From Octopus sinensis (lineage: Eukaryota): a stretch of DNA of 64,000 bases. Shown piece by piece: positions 50,796 through 64,000 of this stretch. A program made the position numbers and the translations under genes. Within the stretch, counting starts at the first letter, position 1. The number at the start of each line of letters is the position of its first letter. The DNA lies in assembly GCF_006345805.1 (NCBI RefSeq), contig NC_042997.1, forward strand, positions 1,922,001 to 1,986,000. Reading direction: 5' to 3'. The notes under the pieces are model-generated. The model saw only the letters and a program-made list of their open reading frames with translations, ran no database searches and was not told the origin of the DNA.

Positions 50796-53234
50796 ATTAT
50801 TAAATATATGAAATAAGAATCTAAGAGGCACATGTTTCCTATCTTGAAATGCGATTAAATCTTCCAAACTAATATATACAGTGGCTGAAAAAGTTTCACG
50901 AACAACTCAATATGTCTTACATTTTCAATAATATTACGTATCTGAAATGAGCTGTGTAAGATATGTCTTTTAGAAAAATTCAAGATAAGTTTTAGGATAC
51001 TTAAGTTAATAAATAAAACAACGGATATTGTATATATTTTCTGAGGTCACACATTTAAATCTGTGATGCTTCAAATTGGTATTGGCTTTCTAAGTAAACT
51101 GATATTTTGATGTGCACATATAGTATATATTTTTTGTTATAATTCCGAATAATCTCAATGTAATTTCTATATAACTTTACTATACTTAGAACTCTTATGT
51201 ATTATTCTTGCAAAGGTTTTACCATTTTGTATGCAAGGTACTTAGTAATAAGATGTTGCCGCATATATGTTATGATAATTTGTGTGAAAGCGTGTATGTA
51301 CGCGCGAGTGTGTGTGTGTGCGTGCAATTGCACATTTTTCTGTTGGATCATGTTGTTTGTCCTTTTCCTTCTCTGAGATTGCATTAAGAAGAATATGAAC
51401 GACGAATATGCAATGATGTTTGCATTAATAAATTCACATCGCGTACAGTGTAAGGTTTAAAAGTTCATATTTTACAACTATGCTGGGTGCGCATTTCAGG
51501 ATACGTTTCATAACGATAGACTTGTTTCAAGGCGCATTTCTGAGTCGAAGTTAAAATTTGAGTGCTTCAGCTTCATCTAGACTGATGTTCTCACATTCAG
51601 TAGCATATCCGATATTTTATCGTACAGTGATTGTTGGAAATTGATATTCATTTGAAAAATCAAACCGTTTGTGTTAGCTAAACTGTATTTTATATTTCAA
51701 GTTTTTCCTTATATATGGAAATGATGGGAATATTTATTGAACTGAATTTATTAAATTCTCTGTTTTGGATATGGTGATGATGAACGGTTTGATCTGGTGC
51801 GGAGTACAGACGAGATTGGCGAATACTGTACTTAGTTTATGCTTAACTCATATCGCTTTGCCGAAATGTCCCATAGGCATGTTTTCAAACAAGTCAAGTT
51901 ATATCTTTCTTCATTTTCCATATGAGCCCATATTACTATTATCAATTTTAGTGGTTTCTCTCTAAGAATGATTCTAAGTCTACTGGGTATTCTTTTTTAA
52001 TATTTTGTATTTTTGTTAAGACCCGCATACACGTATTTCGGTTAGATACCTCCTGTTCTACATCGCAGTGTGTGTTACTGCGATTTCTTTTGAATCGCAG
52101 TGACACAATTTCAAGTTTTCATGACATAGCTATTTCCTGAATGTAGATAATTTAATGTGTTGACGGTCAATTTTTAACTGTAGTGGATAATGGACCTATA
52201 CCTACTGTAGCTATGGAATGAAAGTTAAGCTGGATCATGTATAGTACTAGCATATATTTCTCACCCCGGTATCTGTGTGCTGTATGCTTCTAGGCCGGAC
52301 TATCTGCGAAGCGTGTTTTGTTCAAATTTTTAATGTTCTAATTGATGTATATGCTTGTCTTTCAGTTATTGTTAGTATATTTTCTAAATTTATTATCATA
52401 TTCATATCACGACTCAAAATAAGTAAAATGGTCGTTCATCAATTGAGAGCTACGTTTTGAAGATAGTTTGAACGCAATATAAAAATTACTGTGTAATTCA
52501 TCGGTAGCACCTTAAATTTGATTGGGATAAATATATAGAAAGGTTTTCTATTGAAATTTGTCTTACATTCAATGTAAAACAATTGTGTGAAATTTGGATT
52601 ACACTAAATGGAAGGAATTTGGCGAGGTGTTAAACATTTTGAGTTTGGTGGTAGAGATGAATCCATAAAATTTATTTACAAAATAAAGGCGAAATAGGGA
52701 CGAAAGAGAAGGCAAGACGAGAAAATATATTTTGATTATTATTCATGCATTTGAAGACAAACGTCCAAAGTTAACTGTCTTAACAAAATGGATTGATTTC
52801 TTCTCAGTATATCTATACAAGAAATATTGAAAAGACCAAAAAAACAAACAAAAAAACACATGCAATGTCTACACAATTTTATGTTTTATTCATCAGCTAT
52901 TTCTAGAATAGTTGCGCAAATGGTTGATATCTTAGAGAAGTGAAATTTCTATTCAAAAGCTAACTATTCCATCTTCAAAGAGGAAGAACTAAGGAATATC
53001 CTTAACAAATCGTTGTTTACTGGAATGTACACCGTTTGCACAGTTGTTCTTGAAACAGCTGCAAGAGATGTTATGCATAACGTCTTACTCCCGTAGTTAT
53101 ATCACATATTTAACAACTCTATCGTAACAATTCTACAGACCTGTTTGGATTTTTAATTCCATGCTCTAAAGGGTACCGCATGTCTGTTCATTTTCTTGTT
53201 TTAATATATATTTACAGATGCATACATACATACA

Positions 53235-53268
<34 letters not shown>

Positions 53269-54172
53269 CATATATATGCGTGTGTATGTGTATGTCTGTT
53301 TGTTTATCTGTGACGGTCTCTCTCTGCGCATGTGACGCTTTGCTTTTCCGATGTTTTGAACTATTTGAACAGTAGATAGATATTACTCGAGATCTGACTG
53401 CATATAGGAAATAAATGTTTCCATTTTAGTTCTAATTTTAACTTATATACAATATGCGACTTAAAATAGACTTTAATATTCCTTCTGTCTATTTCCCATG
53501 ACTTTTTAATTGTCTCATTTAGAAATTCACTCTGTATCGATCCCATCAAAATAATAATAAATGTAATACAAAACAAAATTCATCTAGGGACGTTTTATAA
53601 ATGTTAAACTACAAAAAACGTTTTATAATGTCAATTATATTTTTCTTTTCTCTAAAAATATACGTAAATTTATTATATTTCTATAATATAGGTAGACAGC
53701 ATTCAGCATCAGTTCAATGTTAAAATACTTCTCATAAATCAATCATTGTATATCTTCTGTCGAGCTCAATCATTTTCTAAGGGGAATCTGAATCGATTTT
53801 CTTGAGATAAGAGAATAATATATCTGTTCAATCAGTAAGGCAGAGTGAAAGTGCTCAAGAGTATATTGTAGCATTTGAGTGCAAACGCCATTGAGAACTA
53901 TGATATTGCAATCTGTACTAAAGTAAATCACATTGGAATATATAAGATTACGTTAGAAATGTCTTAGTAATCATAAAGTCCTTGGTCCTACGTCCGTTTC
54001 AGTAAAATATTACTCAATAATCCGAATAAAGTTTTATCCCATAAGTTGATTGTTATAAAGCATATTCTTTTTCTATTGCACTGGTAATACAGTGTAATGT
54101 AACGGATGAATGAAATAGAAATGCATAAATGAGGGAGAGACATAAATCATCTAGTGACGACGTTATATAATG

Positions 54173-54919
54173 CTAGACTACGTGTGACCCGTTTGGTCAG
54201 TAATAGTTCAAGGTACCTAAGGAAACCGCGTATCTCGAGAACACATGGTCCAATTTACGAGAAACTTGTTTTATTCCATTTGAACTCACATTTCAATGGG
54301 AAGTTACTTTCAGAGTATATTCCCATTAGGCGCTGTTTTTTTTTTATTTATTTATAAAGGTACCCAAAACAACTGCGTATTTCGGCAACCCGTGGTCCGA
54401 TTTATGCCACACTTGTTTTAATTTACGAAAAACTTGTTTTATTCCGTTTGTACACACATTTCAATGGGAAGTTACTTTCAGAGTATATTCCCATTAGGCG
54501 CTGTTTTTTTTTTATTTATAAAGGTACTCGAAACAACTGCGTATTTCGGCAACCCGTGGTCCGATTTATGCCACACTTGTTTTATTGTGTTTGTATTAAC
54601 ATTTCAACGATACCTTACTTCAAAGTATTTTCCCATTATGCTCCGGTTTGGCTATATTAAATTACAAGCAAGCACGGAAACAGGTAATCATAATCGTGCC
54701 CCCCACCAAACCGCATATCTCCGGAACCCATGGTCTGATTTACACGAAACTTTTTTTTATTATGTATGTATTCACTTTTGAGGGGTATTTCACTTTCAGA
54801 GTACTTTCCCATTATACGCCGGTTTGGTTATATTAAATTACAGACAAGCACGCAAGCCAGCCAGCAAGAAGCATGCAAGCAAGCAAGCAAACAATCACAG
54901 AGTTTTAGTCGTATATAGA
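54173..54919 (-). mobile_element. Non-autonomous Helitron with internal ~160-bp tandem repeats
   Basis: Minus 5' A|TCTATATAC then (TTGC)n; 3' hairpin tgacc/ggtca (54185-54199) then CTAG; units c.gcgtat.tcg..aac.c.tggtc..attta at ~54225, 54374, 54537, 54711. Confidence 0.7.
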
Positions 54920-55477
54920 TAGTGGGAAAAGGATTACCGAAAGGAAATTCTCCGCATGCATCATGCAAATGGCCACAATAATAGGCATAACAGAATTCGA
55001 AATTTTGGTTTTCCTCTACTTGTTTTCAGGGTAAGTGGCTAAAGTTTTGCCTTAAGTGATTTACATGTAGATATGAAAATATCATACTGCATCTGCTTTA
55101 CGTAGGTTGCCGATGGATAAGTCGTTGCCGACACTTAAATTGTTGTCTTCACTGTCTTTGGTATTCGGAATTTTAGTAACTGTCAGATAGGTCAGATAGC
55201 AATAATTATCTATATAAGGATTGTGGGTATTCGCTAATGCACTTAAATTAGTCCTCCGCCCTAATAGTTAAATAGATCCTGTGCTTCAGATGTAAGATCA
55301 AGCGAAAACAGAAACACGCTTGCCTATTTACAGTAGAGAAAAGTCATAATACACAAACACACACACACACATTAACACAGACACATACACATATTAATAG
55401 TGATGACAGCTGTAAGGATGATGTCCAGCATGAGTATGATGATAATAATAATAATTATGACAGTAATATTACCAAAG

Positions 55478-55825
55478 CGAAGGCGCATGGCTCAGTGGTA
55501 AGAGCGTCGAGCTTACGATCGTGAGGTTGTGAGCTCGAATCCCGGTCCGGGCTGTGTGTTGTGTTCTTGAGCAAAGCACTTTATTTTCACGTTGCTCCAG
55601 TTCACTCAGCTGTAGAAATGAGTTGCGACGTCACTGGTGCCAAGCTGTATCGACCTTTGTCTTTCCCTTGGATAACACTGGTGGCGTGGAGAGGGGAGGC
55701 TGGTATGCATAGGCGACTGCTGGTCTTCCATAAACAACCTTGCCCAGACTTGTGTCTAGGAGGGTAACTTTCTAGGTGCAATCCCATGGTCATTCATGAC
55801 CGAAGGGGGTCTTTACCTTTTACCC
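55478..55825 (+). mobile_element. tRNA-derived CORE-like SINE, full length
   Basis: A-box tggctcagtgg, B-box gctcgaatcc; TSD-like ata.taccaaag on both sides. Confidence 0.88.
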
Positions 55826-56089
55826 TGATACTACCAAAGACAGTAGTGTGTTATACTGATATGAATAGTAAAATCGTGAGTATAAAGATGTGTTGATGTG
55901 AATAAAACATGAATATAAGTATATGAGTGGGACTGCATTTATTTATGTTTAAATGGAACAACCGTTATTTGATAATTGGTGATAATGAATTACTGATTAG
56001 GGACTATAAGTATACATTTCTGTCCAGTTTTCATTGTTTTTGTTCCATTTATTCTAGTTCTTCACTCGACACTGAATTTTACAACAAAA

Positions 56090-56124
<35 letters not shown>

Positions 56125-56225
56125 AAATAATATTACTATTGCTGCTGCTGTCACAGCGGCTACTACTGCTGCTGCTGCTAATACTGCTGCTACTAATGCT
56201 ACTACTGCTACTACTACTACTACTG

Positions 56226-56267
<42 letters not shown>

Positions 56268-56430
56268 TTTATAATAATAATAATAATAATAATTATTATT
56301 ATTATCATTATTATTATTATTATTATTGTTGTTATTATTATAACAATAACGGTGATTATTATTATGATGATGATGATGATTATGATGATGATGATGATAG
56401 TAATAATAAGTAATAATAGTAATAATAGAT
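56090..56430. repeat. Compound trinucleotide microsatellite (ACT/GCT/ATA/ATT/ATG)
   Basis: Seen directly. Confidence 0.95.
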
Positions 56431-57118
56431 CATGGTAATAATAAGTACTTTTAACATATGAGAACGATAAAATAATGCTCCGAAATCTATCCAAAAATAT
56501 CGGGAATAAAACAAACAAAGGAAACAAAGAAAACTGACAAAATGTTGGACTATAACCAAATAAGCAATCATCATTAAAATTTCCCCGTCAAATGTATTGT
56601 AAATGTGTGTACAATCTCTATCACTCGCGTAATACATGTAAACACTCTTGTCGCATTACAGTTCAAATCAACAACAGCCCGTCTCTGTCCCCACCATCAT
56701 ACACATAAAATTAAAAGAAAAATATAATTTACTTATTTAGTGCCAAAATAACAAACTGGAAGTACATATTTTAAAGGTAATACATAAAAAGTACGAAGAA
56801 TTACATACAGAAAACCCTGTCGAACCAGAAACGAAGGAACCGGAACTCTCAAAAAATGATGCCTGTCTAAATAAAGGGCCGGGCGTCTGTCTTTACTTCT
56901 CACAAATAACATCAAAATAATACGAATGGACACGAGGGCAAAATATTTCCATCCTACAAGCTTATTTTACGGTCGTACTCTACCCACGCGATTACAATAC
57001 AGCAGCATAGAGAGAGTGAGTGAGTGAGAGAGAGAGAGAGAGAAAGTGAGAGAGAAAGAGCGAGCTAGTGATGTAGATATACACGAATAGGCCTGACATT
57101 CATATACATATAGATACA

Positions 57119-57235
<117 letters not shown>

Positions 57236-57274
57236 CATATATGTACATACATGCTAGTGAAATGCAACACAAGA

Positions 57275-59230
57275 CTGATTGATCTCGAGTACCATTTTAG
57301 TTCAGGAACGGGCGAATTGTAGTTTACTTTCCCTGTTGTGCCACTGCTACGCGGGCCCATTAAGCGGATTCTCTTCTCCCATTCTTAGAGGGCTCAATTT
57401 AGCTCTGAAATCCTTCGTGGTTGATGTTGAAGAATTTCTCAAAGCGGATGTCACTGTGAACACGTCGGCTGCTGTGCCGTTCCTAAGGAGACTAAAATGG
57501 CATCAATCCAGTCCTGAGGTACTTTCGCAGTTCTCCAACAGTGAAAAATTAATATATTTAAGACTTCAAACATTTTGTCACTCCCATATTTCAAGACTTC
57601 TGCCCAGATTCCATCAGGACCTGGAGACGTATAGTTTTTCAGCGTATTCACAGCTATATACATGTCATTTAGAGTCGTTTCAAATGCCATCTCTTCTATA
57701 ACTGGAAAGTATTTGATGTTTTCTATCGTCCTTATTTCAACAGATGATGTTCTATTCAAAAGTGCAGAAAAATATTCTACCCAGCGATTATGAATAGAAA
57801 CGGAGTTAGTAAGAAGCAAACGTCCATTTGCTGTTCTCGCTGGAGCTGCTGAAGAAGATTTGGGGCCCATATACCTCCTTAAGAGTACGAAGGCTTTGCA
57901 TCATTTCTATCAGCTGTTTCTTGTGCTCCTTTTGCTCTATCATTCCATCATCCCTGTTTCATATTCCTTAGAGAAGTCTGCACTTTCCTTTTCAGCTTTC
58001 TGTAAGCTTCGATTGAGTTGGGGTTCTATGACTGAGAAAGAAATGTATTGCCTAAGTTACTTTACTAAAAGTAGGTTATGAATTTCTGCTGATCTATCTG
58101 AGAGCCAGTCACTGGACTTACTTGATTTAAAACCCACTGACAAACTTGCAGCCTGAAATACTTTTGTTTTTAAAACTTCCCATAGATTGTTTGGGTCAAG
58201 ATTGATACTTTCTACATCATCGTAGAATCTTTGCAAGTTGCTTAATAATTTAAAGTTTGCAGCATGTAACATTTTGAGTACGTAAGGAGCAAACTGTCGA
58301 TTTTTAGGCCCTATCGAAAAATCTATTTTGCCACGCACTAGATGATGATCAGTCTTGTTCTCTGCCCCTCGCATGGCACGAACCCTAGAAACGTCTTTCA
58401 TATCACGTTTCCTGAACAGAATATAATCTATGTTTACATCCTTGGTGCATCCATGTGGTTTTATATTTATTTTTTTTTGCTTAAACAGACTGTTGGTGAC
58501 AACCATATTATTCTCAGTAAAAAATGTTAAAACAGCTACACCATTTTATTACATTTTCCAATCCCATGTCGACCTAAAACAATGCATGAAACATATTCTT
58601 TCCAACACTTGCATTGAAATCTCTCGATATGACCAGCTGGTCAGAAATTGGTACTATGCCAATTGTGCTAGATCAAAATAAACAATGTGCTAAATCATCA
58701 TAAATCTGTCCTAGTTTCATCAAAATGGGACATTGTTGGTGCATAAATACTGACAACATTAAGTAACTTACCTTTTATCAGTTTAGTACGGCATGACATG
58801 ATCCGTGTAGATATCCCACTTGGAAGTTTTGCAATGGAGGATACTAATGTATTCTTGAGAGCAAACATAGCATCAGATTCTCTACGCTGAACCTTACGTA
58901 GGCATCTCCAAAAGATAGTATATCCACAAGTAGGTTCATTTACTTGACCCTCACAAGAGAGACGAGTTTCAGAGAGCGTAACTATTTCAAGGGGATATTT
59001 CCAAAGCTCAATTGCAATAAGTGCAGTACGCCGTTCTTGCCTCTTGTTGAAATTATCAAAGTATCATCAAGATGTGTGCGCACATTCCAACAGCCAAAAT
59101 TCAAAGGATATTTATTTTTACTTTTTCTTCAAGATTGTTTGATCACAGTGTCAGGATGACGACTGAGCCCAGGTTGTGATACACTGGGATACCTGCCGCG
59201 CCAGAAATGTTCCCCTGTCGTTTCCATGTC
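57275..59230 (-). mobile_element. RTE-like LINE, internally deleted
   Basis: FGCWNVRT; VVTNSLF; IDYILFRKRD..VRAMRGAE..TDHHLV; RWVEYFSALLN; SPGPDGI.AE; W....VPQDW.DA. Confidence 0.88.
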
Positions 59231-59574
59231 TTTTTGCCATTTACTGAATCTGTTTCAGACATTTTAGAGTAAGCTAGAAGCGCATTTTTAGGTTTCTACC
59301 AACCAATCAATTCAATGATTATACTAAAATTTGGTGTACAGGAAATACCTGTGCAGATGAATAATTTTCAGTGGGTTTAGCTTGCACTGCACTATCCCCA
59401 CCTATTGGCCAAGAAAGCTTCGCCGGTATGTCAGGAAAATTGACAAAAAATCTGAGAGGGTATTCCTTTTTCCCTCATACTTAAACAGGAAAATTACCAG
59501 AATAAGGGTTGAGGGAATACCCCCAAACGTCGAAGCTGAGTGGATTGTGATAGTAATTTCCAATTACTGCATAC

Positions 59575-60720
59575 CCGATCGGTCCTCTGTCACACCGTTG
59601 ATATTCTTCCATTGTCCTTTTAATCTTTTCTTTTCCCGTCATAATACAATGTTTGGACTGGGTTCATTTTTTGTATCATGGTTGTGTGTGTCCTTTCTTT
59701 TCTGTTTTCTTGTCGGAGGGGAGCGGGTGAGTTCACTGTCTGCAGGGAGAGGGTGGGACTCAGAGGGTGTGGGTGGTGTTGGGGTGGTTTGGGATTCCAT
59801 AATGTTTGGTTTTCCTCTTATTCTTCTTTTCCTCTTTCTCCTGACTTCTTCCCATTCCTTTGAATTCTTTTCTTCTTCTGTTATCTCCTCTTCTGTTTTC
59901 TGCTCTTTTTCCGCCTTTCGTTGTTGTTCCGCATCCATATCCTTCTCTGGGGGAGGGAAGTTAGCTCTTATGTGGCCCCTCAGGCCACACTTGTAACAAC
60001 GTGGACATCTGCCCTCCACGCACACTCTCATGATTACGTCTCCCAATCTGATATTTTCTGCTAGGTCCTCCAGTACATCATCCTCCGCCTGCATATTTAG
60101 ATCCAGTGTCGCGCCTCTCCAGCCCTCGGTCTTTACCGTGGCATGGAGGATGCCACTTCATCCTCATGATCGCTAATTATAGCTATCACAATCCAAAACA
60201 GCCATCCTCCTTGCTGTATTTTCACTCCTGAACTGTACCACCAAAGTACCATAGCTTGTACCTCTTGTCAGAAATATTATTTCCTCTTCTGTTCTTCTCG
60301 AGCCTCCTCTATCCGCTCCATATTCACCACTTCGATCTTTCTCTTTCCGTTTACGTAGACCCTGTATGTAATGGTTCTTTTCTCGTACCATTCTCTGTGC
60401 TTTCGTGGCGGTGCCAATTCCACCTCACCTCCGTCCTTCCTGACATAATTCTGGTAGCTTATCAGCTTCACCAAGTCCGACCCTCTCTCCTCCGATTTTT
60501 TAGCCACTCCAGCATAGGTATTACCTAGTTTCTGGTCAATTCTCCTCACCGCTTCCTCTAATTCCTCCTCAGACGTAGACAAGTCCGACAGGGCTTCGAA
60601 CACTCTTGCCGTCTCTCCCATTAGGGAGGGATTGTCCTTGTCTGTCTCAATACAGACACACAAAAACCAAAAACCGTATAACAAAAACGTTCAACAATAG
60701 TTCAACGATAAATAATCAGC
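59575..60720 (-). mobile_element. L1/Tx1-like ORF1 (gag-like zinc knuckle) remnant
   Basis: TYAGVAKK; LVVQFRSE; VEGRCPRCYKCGLRGHIRAN (CCHC-type knuckle); WEEVRRKRK. Confidence 0.7.
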
Positions 60721-61425
60721 AACTTACAGTAAACACGTGTGGATCGGACGATAAGCCCAAAAGAAATAAATAAAGCAGTAAAATAATTTTCTTTTAAAGC
60801 AGTAGAGAAAGAAAAGGCGGTAAAAAAATGGGTGTATTAAATTAAATTAAGTTCAATTAAATTAAATTGAATTAAATTGAATTATATTGAGCCTCCGTGG
60901 TTTCAAATCCTGTAATGAATATACATATGCCCCGCCCCCACGGAAAAATACTAAGTAAAAACGTCTATATATATCTGTGCAGTCTTATGCCCGCACACAC
61001 GCACACATCTAAAACTGCCCACTCATACATATTCACACACGTGTACAAATGAATCTATATACACATCTATATAGGCACAGGAAAAAATGCAGGATGGAAA
61101 AGAACAGAAAAAAATTGTGTGAAAATATAAAAATATATATGAAATAATAAAGGTATAATGAGATAAAAACTTTTTGGGACATAATTTAGAAAGCAAGTTC
61201 TATCTGTTTTCTTTAGGGGACCAAAAACGTAACAAAAATTTAGTCACGTGTGCGCATGATCCGAAAAGTTCTGTCTTTGAGTTTAGACATGTTGTAAGGT
61301 CTAAGCTGCTTTTCCAGATAACCCATCTCTCCGTGTCGCATAGACCGCACCTTCCGCTGCAGAATTATAACACATTAATTTCCCTTTATATAACGGTATT
61401 TTTTCATAGCGTTTTCCAGATGGCC

Positions 61426-61488
61426 AGATAACTGAAGAGATGGTGTTGTGGATTTCCACTTCGGCATCTGAAACTCAGAGTGTTATCT
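61426..61488 (+). ncRNA. Degenerate type I hammerhead-like motif
   Basis: agataa-CTGAAGA-gatg..catct-GAAA-ctc a gag-TG-ttatct; stem I intact but cleavage triplet GUG and stem II out of register. Confidence 0.5.
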
Positions 61489-61509
61489 TGACTATTGAGT
61501 AAATGTAAC

Positions 61510-61557
<48 letters not shown>

Positions 61558-61738
61558 TAATATATATAATATATATATATTATATATATATATACACACA
61601 CATATATATATGCATATATATATATATATATTATATATATATATATACATATATATGTATATAAATATACATATATAAATATATATATATATATATATAT
61701 GAATAAATATATATATATATATATATATACATATATGA

Positions 61739-61789
<51 letters not shown>

Positions 61790-61834
61790 TGAATAAATAT
61801 ATATATAATATATATATATATATAATATAAATAT

Positions 61835-61865
<31 letters not shown>

Positions 61866-62158
61866 CATATAAATATGTATATATATATAAATATATATAT
61901 ATACATATAAATATGTAATATATATAAATATATATACATATAAATATGTAATATATATAAATATATATATATACATATAAATATGTATATATATATATAA
62001 ATATAAATATGTATATATATATATATAAATATATATATACATATAAATATGTATATATATATAAATATATATATATACATATAAATATGTATATATATAA
62101 ATATATATATACATATAAATATGTATATAATATACATATATATATATATATATATATA

Positions 62159-62219
<61 letters not shown>

Positions 62220-62543
62220 CACACACATATATATATATATACATATATATGTATATATATATATATATCCATTTATATATATATTTATTTATATATATAT
62301 CCATTTATATATATTTATTTATATATATATCACGTGATATATATATATATATATATGTATATATATGCATATATATATGTATATATATATACATATATAT
62401 ATATATACATGTATATATATGTATATATATACATATAATATGTATATATATATATATATATATATATGAATAAATATATATATATATACACACACACATA
62501 TATATATGTACATATATACACACACATATATATATACATATAT

Positions 62544-62614
<71 letters not shown>

Positions 62615-62645
62615 TACGTATAGATATATACATATATATACGTAT
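61510..62645. repeat. ~1.1-kb (AT)n-rich tract with ~28-bp higher-order units
   Basis: Seen directly; acatataaatatgta recurs. Confidence 0.95.
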
Positions 62646-64000
62646 GTATCAGCCCTTCCACCAATACACAAAAATGGAAGATAAGATTCCTGGAGGACTG
62701 GGTCGAGGCCCATCCAAACCACATCCCTTTCTTCGTCCTCACTGAAACCCATCTTAGTGACCTCCACTTGGAAGCCGAGGTGAAAGTTAAGAATTTCAAA
62801 ACCATTCGTGCTGATCCTGTTGGCAGAAGAAAGGGTGGGACTGCCATTTATGTCCATGATTCATTCTCAAGAGAAGCCATGAACATATTTTCGAATGGAT
62901 ACTGCGAAGCAGTCGCTGTATTCAGTCAAACCAACAACTTAACAGTAGTTGGGCTCTACAGACCACCCCAAACGCCCCTACCATGCTTCAAGGAATGCCT
63001 CAACAGCATAAAGTGTTTCATTCAGCAGTGTCAACCTGACAACATTTTAATGATGGGAGATTTCAACCTTCCCGGGGTTGACTGGTCTACAAACAGTCTG
63101 CCGCCAGGTTCTTCTCTCTCAACCCCTGACAAGGAGGCAGTGGAATCGCTTCTTGACTTCATGGATGACTTCTTCTTGTCCCAACTGGTACTCGAACCAA
63201 CGAGATGTCACAAAAACGTCTTAGACTTAATTTTCAGCAATCACACTGATACTATCCACAATATTGCAGTGGAGAAAACCCTACTCTCCGACCATGACAT
63301 GGTTCTCTGTGATCTGAGATTTCACTGGCCAAAATGCAAAACAAATGTCATTCCTCCTGTTCATCCATTTGACACTATGGATTTCCACAATGCAAACTGG
63401 GAAGCGATCAATAATGATCTTGCACAAGACGATTGGTCCTTCACGCACACATACACACCCACTAACATCAAAAAGTCCTGGCAGTCACTTGTAGACACCA
63501 TCACGAACATATATGCAAGACACACCCCATTAAGATCTGCAAACAAATCTAAGTGTCGAATCCCTAGAAATAGAAAATCTCTCATAAGGAAAATTAAAAG
63601 AATCAACAAAAAGATCAACATGCTGAAATACTGTCAACAGCAACACACCAACCTGACTGCCATCTCGTCGCTAGAGATTAAAAAACATAAACTCCAAAAC
63701 AACATGATGTCTATCATCAATAGTCAGCGAAGAGCTGAAGAGGCCTGGGCCATTGAGAAGATCAAACTCAATCCCAAAGTGTTCTTTTCATTTGCAAAAA
63801 AACACAGAGTCACTGGTTCTACTGTTGGCCTCTGATTGATGAAAATGGTACTCTTCAAGACAATGCCAAAACCATGGGAGAAATATTGCAGAAACAATAT
63901 TGCTCTGTTTTCAGCAATCCTGATATGACTGATCTGGGCTGTATCAGTGATGTTACTCCCCAATACACTTTATCGGACATAACATTTGGCGCTCCTGATG
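62645..64000 (+). mobile_element. CR1-clade LINE ORF2 (AP endonuclease and linker), runs off the window
   Basis: LTETHL; GGTAIYV; GLYRPP; MGDFNLP.VDW; QLVLEPTR..NVLDLIFSN; LSDH; KIKLNPKVFFSF; frameshifts near 62680 and 63830. Confidence 0.9.

Noticed and set aside
55478-55550. tRNA-like sequences (also 24097, 9430-9500, 45490-45550)
   Set aside because: SINE heads continuing into SINE bodies; no complete cloverleaf
62768-63835. 355-aa ORF as a host nuclease gene
   Set aside because: CR1 LINE ORF2 fragment with frameshifts at both ends

Overview
AT-rich, microsatellite-laden eukaryotic DNA. Its tRNA-derived SINE repertoire looks like that of octopus/cephalopods (inference). No intact host protein-coding gene is supportable; most listed ORFs are translations of (AT)n/(CA)n repeats. 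The window is a mosaic of decayed transposons: mariner/Tc1, RTE, Dong/R4-like, CR1 and L1/Tx1-like LINEs, several SINE families, two non-autonomous Helitrons and at least four Penelope-like elements (PLEs). The main signal is a hammerhead-ribozyme (HHR) system. (i) At 28316-29528 a non-coding ~476-bp unit carries one type I HHR per unit, in tandem and inverted copies. The inverted copy is circularly permuted, as expected for a retrozyme copied from a circular or multimeric RNA. (ii) A near-full-length Neptune-type PLE (31369-37063) has pseudo-LTRs carrying a U3:A8-variant HHR and a CCAAT/CRE/TATA promoter array. (iii) Further HHR-like motifs lie at 11001, 12437, 21885 and 61426, mostly in elements next to (AT)n tracts. 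Everything was read by eye, so boundaries are approximate, and some indels or rearrangements could be assembly errors.
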